Positions 47,705 to 54,250 of a stretch of DNA of 54,250 nucleotides are shown here, one piece after another. Every line of letters starts with the position of its first letter. The stretch's first letter is position 1. The position numbers were made by a program, and so were the translations under genes. Below the pieces are notes generated by a model. It saw only the letters and a list, made by a program, of their open reading frames with translations, made no database searches and was not told the DNA's origin. The DNA is from Elusimicrobiota bacterium (GTDB taxonomy: Bacteria > Elusimicrobiota > Elusimicrobia > UBA1565 > UBA9628): contig DAHVNA010000007.1 in the NCBI GenBank assembly GCA_027319565.1, positions 1-54,250 on the forward strand. The letters are read 5' to 3'.

Positions 47705-48694
47705 TCAAGGACGGCTCCATCCTAGCGCGGCCGGGAAGAAGAGCTTCTCTATCTTCGGAAGTTTTTGATTGACAGAACCAAGAATTGATGGGCTCGGCAC
47801 GAGCACCGGCATGGGTTTAAAAGCCTTATTTAAAAGAGCGGCCAAGCGCACTCCGGCTTTTTCAAGACGCTCATCGACAACGGGGCGCATTTCATCTTCG
47901 TAGCTGGAGGTCACGACATCCCCGCCTGGAGCGTGATAATCGGGATAAATTTGATTCTGCGCGATTTCATAGCCTTCCAAGGCCATGTCAGCCAAACTGG
48001 CCTGAGACCAAATCGCGGCGTCCTGATCGGAAATTTCGCCTTCGAGAGTTTGAGCGAGGCTCTCGGGATCCATGTCTTTGGCTTCGGAAGCGGGCTCAAT
48101 GAGATCGTCCCACAAGGCGTGGAGATTGGTCGCCTTGCCACCTGACTCAAAGCTCATTTTTTTTAGATTTCCGCCCCGGTCGGAAGTTCCATCCGGCAAG
48201 ATTTCAGTCGCGTTGTGCAAGGGCTGGTGAAGATCTCCCACTAAATGAGTCACAAACATTAGCGCCTGTTGCCTTTGTTCAAGAGATGCGGAAGAATCCG
48301 AGAGAATTTGCAAATGGCTTTCGATTTGGTCAATGGAGCACTGCCCATCTGGCCCGCAAGCCGAGGCAATCGAACCCGCGGGATCTTGGCTATTAATAGG
48401 AATGTCCACGAAATGCCAGCTTGCCGTCTCCGGCATCGGAGGCAAGGTAAAATTTCCGCAGGAAACGTCCTGTTTGGCGTATTTGATCCAATCGGCACAA
48501 TTGGCGACTCCTTCCAAATTCCCGTCGGGCCCGAGAATCGCGGCTATTTGATTTTTAGCGTCCGGACTCAAGCGCGACTCGGCGATTAAAGCCACGACCT
48601 CATGCCCCACCGGGCCCCAGGCCCACAACTTGGATTGCGAAAAAAAGAGGGCTAAAATCAGGAAGGAAAATCTCGTCCTGCGGCGCGTGTTCAT
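47705..48694 (-). CDS. S1/P1 nuclease
   Basis: AWGPVGH, WHFVD, HLVGDLHQPLH, DRGGN, NLHALWD. Confidence 0.95.
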   Translation of the reverse strand: MNTRRRTRFSFLILALFFSQSKLWAWGPVGHEVVALIAESRLSPDAKNQIAAILGPDGNLEGVANCADWIKYAKQDVSCGNFTLPPMPETASWHFVDIPINSQDPAGSIASACGPDGQCSIDQIESHLQILSDSSASLEQRQQALMFVTHLVGDLHQPLHNATEILPDGTSDRGGNLKKMSFESGGKATNLHALWDDLIEPASEAKDMDPESLAQTLEGEISDQDAAIWSQASLADMALEGYEIAQNQIYPDYHAPGGDVVTSSYEDEMRPVVDERLEKAGVRLAALLNKAFKPMPVLVPSPSILGSVNQKLPKIEKLFFPAALGWSRP

Positions 48695-48812
48695 GGTCTG
48701 CCTCCGGGCCCAAGCTCAAACGACTCTTAAGCCTATTTTATCACAGGAGCGCTTTTTTTTAACGCGGCCTTACCTATCAAGCGGCCAAGAAATGATATCA
48801 TGGCGCAGAGAT

Positions 48813-49442
48813 ATGGGACCCAAATGGCTGGACCAATTAGAAAGAAAACTGGGATTTTTATCGATCCCGGGTCTGGCAATGTTTTTGGCCGGAATGAACG
48901 CCATCATCGGAATTCTCAGCCTCTTTAAACCGCAATTTCCCGATATCCTCGTTTTTGACCCGCTGTCGTTTCTGGGCGGGCAGTATTGGCGCGCCGTCAC
49001 TTTTCTCTTCGTTCCCCCGGAAATGGGGCCGCTATGGCTGGCGTTTTGGCTAATCTTCTTTTATTGGTTGATGAACCGGCTTGAACAAATATGGGGAGAT
49101 TTCAAATTTCTTGTCTATTGCGTAATCGGAGCATTGTCGGTGATCGTTTCTTCTCTTGTACTTGGCCGGGAGTTTTCCAATTCAATTTTTACGACGAGTT
49201 TGGTTCTCGCCTTTGCCCGGCTCAACGCCGATGTCGAGATTCTTTTGTTTTTCTTTTTGCCGATTAAAATGAGATGGGTCTGGGCCGTCGGCTGTTTTGT
49301 CATCGCCTGGACGCTCTTATTTGGCTCTTTGGGGGATCGGATATACTACGGTCTTGGAATTCTCAATTATCTGGTATTCTTCGGAGCGGAACACTGGATG
49401 GAAATTCGCCTGGCCTGGCGGCGCGGCCGGGCCAGAATGTAA
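48813..49442 (+). CDS. Rhomboid/Der1-like membrane protein
   Basis: LERKLG, GQYWRAVTFLFVP, LE..WG.FKF, FFFLPIK. Confidence 0.7.
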   Translation: MGPKWLDQLERKLGFLSIPGLAMFLAGMNAIIGILSLFKPQFPDILVFDPLSFLGGQYWRAVTFLFVPPEMGPLWLAFWLIFFYWLMNRLEQIWGDFKFLVYCVIGALSVIVSSLVLGREFSNSIFTTSLVLAFARLNADVEILLFFFLPIKMRWVWAVGCFVIAWTLLFGSLGDRIYYGLGILNYLVFFGAEHWMEIRLAWRRGRARM

Positions 49443-49454
49443 TCTAGGACCTTC

Positions 49455-49470
49455 TAGGCCTTTTGGCCCT
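49455..49470 (+). promoter_or_regulatory. Palindromic operator box
   Basis: TAGGCCTTTTGGCCCT (extra TAGGAC half-site at 49445) upstream of the pentapeptide gene. Confidence 0.6.
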
Positions 49471-49534
49471 GGACCGTTCTCGTTTAAACGGTAAAACTGG
49501 AAAAGAGCTTTTTTATTTTGCTTAATAGACCAAT

Positions 49535-50542
49535 ATGAAAAGAATTTTCTTTTCGCTCTTGTTTGCGGTTTGCGCCATTGCTTCTCCCGCCGCGGCGCAA
49601 AATATGTCTCTTTTTGACCACGCCTCTTCTCCGCTTTACCATCGAATCAAGGACTTTAAATTCAAATGGCCATTCAAGGCGATTCCTCTTTGGAATAAAA
49701 AAACGGAACGCTTTATCTGTGTCAACCCCGTCACCAAAAGAGAGTCTCATAATTCCGTCAACATCCAGAAATTGGTGCGAACTAAAAAAGGAAATTGCGC
49801 CAATTTGTCCTCGGCCCAATTGATGGGAATTCCTCTTTACCATGCGCGGCTCATCGCGGCCAATCTTGAGAGCGCGGATTTAACCAACGCCAATTTCGCG
49901 ATGTCGGATTTAAGAAACGCGAACTTTATCAAGGCGACTTCCCTGGGAGGCACTCTTTTTAACGGAGCCAATCTCAGCGGAACGGCGCTCAATTCGGTTT
50001 CATTTGAAAACCCCAAAATGATTAAAACCGATCTTGACGACGCCGACATGACGGAATCGATTTTATCCGGCGCCGATTTTTCACAGGCCCTTCTCAATAA
50101 AGCCAAACTTGTCTCATCTGTAATCGAAGGCGCGCGCTTTAATGGAGCCGCGATGGACAAAGCCGATCTCACCGGAGCCGACGCCAAAAAGAATCCTCAA
50201 ACTGGAGAGGCCACCGATTTCTCGGCGGCAAAAATGCAAAACGCGCGTTTTGACGGGGCCAATTTATCCGGCGCTAATTTTTCCGGTTCTGACCTCTCTC
50301 AAGCCAGCTTTGAGGACGCAAACCTAGGCGAAGCTAATTTTTCCGACGCCAACCTGGAAGGCGCTAATCTTAGCGCCCAAAACCTTTCCTGGACTCATTT
50401 CGACCGCGCCGATTTAAGAGGGGCCAAGATTACCGCGCCCTTAACCCAAGCGACCATGACCGGCGCGGTTTATGACTCTAAAACCGTTCTTCCCTTTAAC
50501 GACGCGACCGCCCAGGAATTGGGCATGATCAAAAAGCAGTAA
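49535..50542 (+). CDS. Secreted pentapeptide-repeat protein
   Basis: Signal peptide; A(N/D)L/F.. repeats. Confidence 0.92.
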   Translation: MKRIFFSLLFAVCAIASPAAAQNMSLFDHASSPLYHRIKDFKFKWPFKAIPLWNKKTERFICVNPVTKRESHNSVNIQKLVRTKKGNCANLSSAQLMGIPLYHARLIAANLESADLTNANFAMSDLRNANFIKATSLGGTLFNGANLSGTALNSVSFENPKMIKTDLDDADMTESILSGADFSQALLNKAKLVSSVIEGARFNGAAMDKADLTGADAKKNPQTGEATDFSAAKMQNARFDGANLSGANFSGSDLSQASFEDANLGEANFSDANLEGANLSAQNLSWTHFDRADLRGAKITAPLTQATMTGAVYDSKTVLPFNDATAQELGMIKKQ

Positions 50543-50738
50543 CGGAAAGTAAAAGAAAGCAACAGAGGTAACGGAAAGCAACGGATGCAAAGGATGTAAC
50601 GGAAACAGGCTGTTTCCGTTGCTTCTGTTTCTTTCCGTTACTTTCTGTTTCTTGCTGTTTCTCTCCGTTACATCCGTTGCTTTCTTTTGCTCTCTGTTGC
50701 TTGCCGTGTCTTTCCGTTACTTTCCGTGGCTTTCCGTC
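50540..50738. repeat. 10-bp-period palindromic repeat element between convergent genes (possible bidirectional terminator)
   Basis: AACGGAAAG units / CTTTCCGTT units around ACGGAAACAGGCTGTTTCCGT. Confidence 0.85.
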
Positions 50739-51718
50739 CGCTTCCAGGCATGAGAGCGCAATTTCTCTAATATCGGCTTTTCAAACGGTTTTGAATGGGC
50801 TAAGGCGATGTTTGATTCCACATGCTTAATCTTTCGCATTCCGGGAATCACAACCGACACATCGGGAAAACTCAGGCAGAACTTAAGCGCGGCTTCCGGC
50901 AAGCTTAAAGCCAGCTTCTGGTCCTTGACTAAATAGTCCTCCAATATTTTGACGCGGCGAACGGTTTCCTTGAGCAATCCTCCCGCGAAATAGTTGGAGC
51001 GAAAATCATCCTCGTCGAACTTTGAATTTTCGCTCAAGGTTCCGCTTAAGCCGCCTTCATCTAAAGGCACGCGGGCAATCACGCCCACGTTTTTTTCGCG
51101 GCAGAGGGGAAACAGCTCTTCGAGCGGCTCTTGCTCAAACAAATTAAAAACGACTTGAACGGTATCGACCACCCCCGAGCGAACAATTTGAAGCGCGCTC
51201 TTTGGATCGCGGGTATTGACCGAAACCCCGAAGAATTTTATTTTTCCATGTTTCTTGAGAACTTGAACGGCCTTAAGGGTCTTTTCCCATTTCGGCTCTT
51301 CAATCCAAGAATCCTGCCAAACGTGAAGCTGTTGAATTTCGACGCAATCCGTCTTAAGATTGCGCAAACTTCTCTCGGTGCAGTAAATCAGCCAATCAGC
51401 GGGAAACGAATCTTTCAGAAGCCCTCGGCTGGGCCAGGAAAAATTCTTTGGCGGGGCTTTGGTCGCGACAAAAGCGCGGCTCCCATATTCCTCAAAAGCC
51501 TTGGCGATCAGTCTTTCAGAATGGCCGTCGCCGTAAACATAGGCGGTGTCAAAGAAATTGCATCCCAATTCCAAAGCCTTCAAAAGAGATTTCAAGGATT
51601 CCGCATCGTCGGTTTTCCCCCACATGCTTTTGCCGACGCCCCAAGCCCCGTAGCCGATAGGCAAGACCTGAAGGCCGGTTCTGCCCAATGGGCGAAAAGA
51701 CTGCTCGACGGAATTCAT
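50717..51718 (-). CDS. Aldo/keto reductase
   Basis: FFDTAYVYGDGHSE, VATK, SLRNL.TD, VIPG. Confidence 0.93.
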   Translation of the reverse strand: MNSVEQSFRPLGRTGLQVLPIGYGAWGVGKSMWGKTDDAESLKSLLKALELGCNFFDTAYVYGDGHSERLIAKAFEEYGSRAFVATKAPPKNFSWPSRGLLKDSFPADWLIYCTERSLRNLKTDCVEIQQLHVWQDSWIEEPKWEKTLKAVQVLKKHGKIKFFGVSVNTRDPKSALQIVRSGVVDTVQVVFNLFEQEPLEELFPLCREKNVGVIARVPLDEGGLSGTLSENSKFDEDDFRSNYFAGGLLKETVRRVKILEDYLVKDQKLALSLPEAALKFCLSFPDVSVVIPGMRKIKHVESNIALAHSKPFEKPILEKLRSHAWKRTESHGK

Positions 51719-52281
51719 CTCTGATAAACTCCGACTAACTCCGCGGAAGCAAGCACATGCCCTTTCATCGCCTTTAAAAGCTCGCTTTTTGTCGCCTGGG
51801 AAGGAGGCAAGTCCAGCATTTTATCCAAGGCAAATAGTTTAAAAAAGTAATGATGGACTTTGCCCGGAGGCGGCAGCGGGCCGTAATAGCCGACGCGCTC
51901 AAAAGAATCCACCCCCCAACAGGGACCTTGCTTGGTCCCGTCTTTCAAGGCCGCTTTTTTGGGAAAATTTTCCGGCAAACGCCGCGTGTCAGGGGGCAAA
52001 TTGTAAATCACCCAATGGACCCAGGTTCCCGGAGGAGCGTCCGGGTCGTCCATAATCAAGGCCAGGCTCTTGGTCTTGTCGGGCACGCTTGAAATTTCCA
52101 AAGGCGGAGAACCGTCCTCTCCTTCCCCCGTATATTTTTTGGGAATCGGCTGATTCATCGAAAAGGCCGAACTTTTAATTTCCATTTTTCTCACCTCTCT
52201 ATGCTGGCTATCAATCGTCCCCGCCCGAAGGCCCGGCGGGAGAATCAAGAAAACCGCCGCGAAATAAGCGCGCAATCCCAT
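51715..52281 (-). CDS. YbhB/YbcL (PEBP/Raf kinase inhibitor-like) protein
   Basis: DDPDAP..WVHW, GPLPPPG..HHYFF. Confidence 0.93.
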   Translation of the reverse strand: MGLRAYFAAVFLILPPGLRAGTIDSQHREVRKMEIKSSAFSMNQPIPKKYTGEGEDGSPPLEISSVPDKTKSLALIMDDPDAPPGTWVHWVIYNLPPDTRRLPENFPKKAALKDGTKQGPCWGVDSFERVGYYGPLPPPGKVHHYFFKLFALDKMLDLPPSQATKSELLKAMKGHVLASAELVGVYQR

Positions 52282-52306
52282 GACTCCCTTATTGTAGAAT
52301 AATCTC

Positions 52307-52531
52307 ATGGCAATGCCGGAAGACCCCGAGAAAAAAAAGGATTATCTCTCGCGCCTCATTGAGGGCCTTGAGCAAACCATTGAAAACCAAAAATTCGAGC
52401 TTCCTTATTATCAGGAGGGCGATGTCATGCTTACCTACGCGAAAAAGTTCATTGCCGCCTGCGAGCAGAATCTGCTTAAAGCCCAAAAAGAGCTGGCCGA
52501 ACTAGAACGCGGGGAGAAATGTGGGCCGTGA
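52307..52531 (+). CDS. Small coiled-coil hypothetical protein
   Basis: 74 aa; TAGAAT 6 nt before ATG; last codons overlap the tRNA-Val 3' end. Confidence 0.6.
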   Translation: MAMPEDPEKKKDYLSRLIEGLEQTIENQKFELPYYQEGDVMLTYAKKFIAACEQNLLKAQKELAELERGEKCGP

Positions 52532-52593
52532 GGGATTCGAACCCCCGACATTTCGCGTGTAAGGCGAACGCTCTACCGCTGAGCTAACGGCCC
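52522..52593 (-). tRNA. tRNA-Val(UAC), CCA not encoded
   Basis: GGGCCGTTAGCTCAGCGGTAGAGCGTTCGCCTTACACGCGAAATGTCGGGGGTTCGAATCCCTCACGGCCCA forms a cloverleaf. Confidence 0.97.
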
Positions 52594-52602
52594 GATTTTG
52601 AT

Positions 52603-53685
52603 TTATTTTACTACACTTTTTACAAGAATTTCGCGCTCATCAGAAACGCTTGGTGCCATTCCTGGTGCCAACTGAGAATGAGGAAAAAGGCGCTTAACCG
52701 GAATCGCGGAATCAAAGGCGGCCATATTAGAAGCCATGTGGCCTTGACTGAGATGAGCGTATCTCAAGGTCATGGCGGGAGTGGAATGTCCCAAGGCCTT
52801 TTGGAGGGCGGGCAGATCATTTGTCTTCATGATGTAATGAGAGGCGAAGGTATGGCGCAAATCGTGAAAGCAAAAATCCTTGACGCGGGAGGCTCTAACG
52901 GCCTGGTCAAAATAACGGCGCAACATGATCTCCGGCAAGGCGAAAACGGGCCCCGAGGCCTTTGGCCCAAGAGCCAACAAGCATTCTCGCAGGCTGGACG
53001 CGATATGAATCTCGCGAGGCCTGCCGGACTTAGATTGAAGGATATAAATTACCCCGTGCTCCAAATCCACGTTTTCCCAGCCTAAATTGATGATTTCGCT
53101 CTTGCGCATTCCCGTCTTAACGGCGCAGATAAGAACGGGCTTAAGCCTTTCATGCGCTGCCTCATAGAGCCTCTCCCATTCCTCCATTGACAAAAAACGC
53201 AGCCGATGGGCCGGCTCTTTTTCCCGCTTGACGGCGCCGACGGGATTATCGCCGTAAAAAAGCCCCCAAAGCTTGGCCTTACTAAAAATGGAGCAAATCA
53301 AAGTTAAATGGCGATTAGCGGTCGAGACGGAGGTTTGTCCAGCGAGGGCGTTGTAGAACTTCTGGATATCGGACGGCCTCACGTCGCTCACCCTCCGAGT
53401 TCCGAATTCTTTCCGAATCCTCACGAGCATGGAGGCCCAGGATTTGGATTTAAGCCTTTGCCCATGAAGCTCCCAAAACTTGTCCGCCAAGGAGTTAAAA
53501 GTCGCGGCGTTGGCCGCCCGGCTTGGGAAATGCCTGCGCTCGGAGATATGGGCCAATCGCTTGGCGAGAACTTCCTTGGCCAGGGAATAGCTCGCTCCCA
53601 GGCCGACCGGTTCCCTGTGACGACGGCCGGAATCATCCATGTAGTCCAGCCACCACGCCCCCCGCTTTTGGAATACTCTCGCCAT
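52603..53685 (-). CDS. Phage-type tyrosine integrase
   Basis: N-terminal arm-binding-like region, TGMRKSE, HDLRHTFAS, LGHS..MTLRYAH. Confidence 0.96.
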   Translation of the reverse strand: MARVFQKRGAWWLDYMDDSGRRHREPVGLGASYSLAKEVLAKRLAHISERRHFPSRAANAATFNSLADKFWELHGQRLKSKSWASMLVRIRKEFGTRRVSDVRPSDIQKFYNALAGQTSVSTANRHLTLICSIFSKAKLWGLFYGDNPVGAVKREKEPAHRLRFLSMEEWERLYEAAHERLKPVLICAVKTGMRKSEIINLGWENVDLEHGVIYILQSKSGRPREIHIASSLRECLLALGPKASGPVFALPEIMLRRYFDQAVRASRVKDFCFHDLRHTFASHYIMKTNDLPALQKALGHSTPAMTLRYAHLSQGHMASNMAAFDSAIPVKRLFPHSQLAPGMAPSVSDEREILVKSVVK

Positions 53686-53729
53686 ACGCTCTTTCTATTA
53701 TACCAGAGCGCGGCCCCGACGGAACTTAA

Positions 53730-54250
53730 GTTTTTGGACTGGCTTAAAGCGTTAGTCACGGCGGTGAGGCGGGCGTTAATGTCGTAGGAAAACTGAGTGG
53801 GGTGGCTGAGGGCATCGGTGACCTTCGCAAGATTGCGCTCGGGCCTTCCGGGCTGATAAGAATAACTGGTCTGGCCGTTCAAGGCGTCCGTGACGCTCAA
53901 AAGATTTCCCATCGGGTCATAGCTGAAATTGGTTTTATTTCCTTGCGGGTCGGCGTTTTGAACGACGCGGCTTAAGGCGTCGCGGGTCATCGTGGTCGTT
54001 CGGCCCAGGGGGTCGGTCGCGGAGGCTAGGGCGCCGTTTGAGTCATAAGAAAACGCGCTCGCGTTTCCCAGGGGGTCTTGGATTTTCGCGAGATGGCCGA
54101 AGGAGTCGTAGCTCATGCGGCTTTGAGCGCCCAAGGCGTTTTGGGTCAGGATGAGATTTCCCCGGGCGTCGTAGGAGAACTGCGTTCGGTTGCCGTTGGG
54201 GTCGGTCGTTTGGGTGGGCTGGTTAAAGGTTGGGTCATAAATAATAGATG
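53730..54250 (-). pseudogene. RHS/YD-repeat protein fragment, open beyond the window edge and truncated at the integrase promoter
   Basis: YDPTFNQP..TDPNGNRTQFSYDARGNL..YDSFGHL..YDPMGNL repeats stop abruptly at ~53730. Confidence 0.8.

Larger units (their letters stand above)
52594..54250. mobile_element. End of an integrative element/genomic island adjoining the tRNA-Val 5' end
   Basis: Integrase stop 9 nt from tRNA; TGGTGCCA x2 arm-like repeats (52651-52670); higher-GC RHS cargo. Confidence 0.7.

Noticed and set aside
50540..50738. Possible CRISPR array or VNTR
   Set aside because: Short degenerate units arranged as an inverted repeat, with no unique spacers
53421..53729. RHS C-terminal toxin domain
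   Set aside because: Out-of-frame read-through over the integrase gene; no DPxG core-end motif

Overview
54 kb of bacterial chromosome (~50% GC) from a diderm, probably Elusimicrobiota. That assignment is inferred from the PorV/PorQ-family gene, kdsD, spoVG and secreted proteins with long low-complexity leaders. Most of it is housekeeping (tsaB-rimI-TPR-ispE-spoVG, smc, amidase, YbhFGRS-like ABC exporter, kdsD, suhB, SigW-like ECF operon, hemD, glpK, rlmD). Both ends touch tRNA-targeting integrative elements: an orphan 5' half of tRNA-Gln on the left, and on the right a tyrosine integrase reading into the 5' end of tRNA-Val plus a truncated RHS gene. The most striking feature is an alpha-glucan utilisation locus (8068-18509). 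It encodes a secreted GH13 alpha-amylase fused to a membrane domain that appears colinear with the plant chloroplast maltose transporter MEX1, two fungal-type GH15 glucoamylases and a putative outer-membrane beta-barrel. Other notable signals are a dispersed 16-bp palindromic operator at a fixed promoter position, 10-bp-period palindromic repeat elements that encode signal peptides, widespread leaderless promoters and a decaying TA pair. All family assignments come from motif recognition only; no searches were run.
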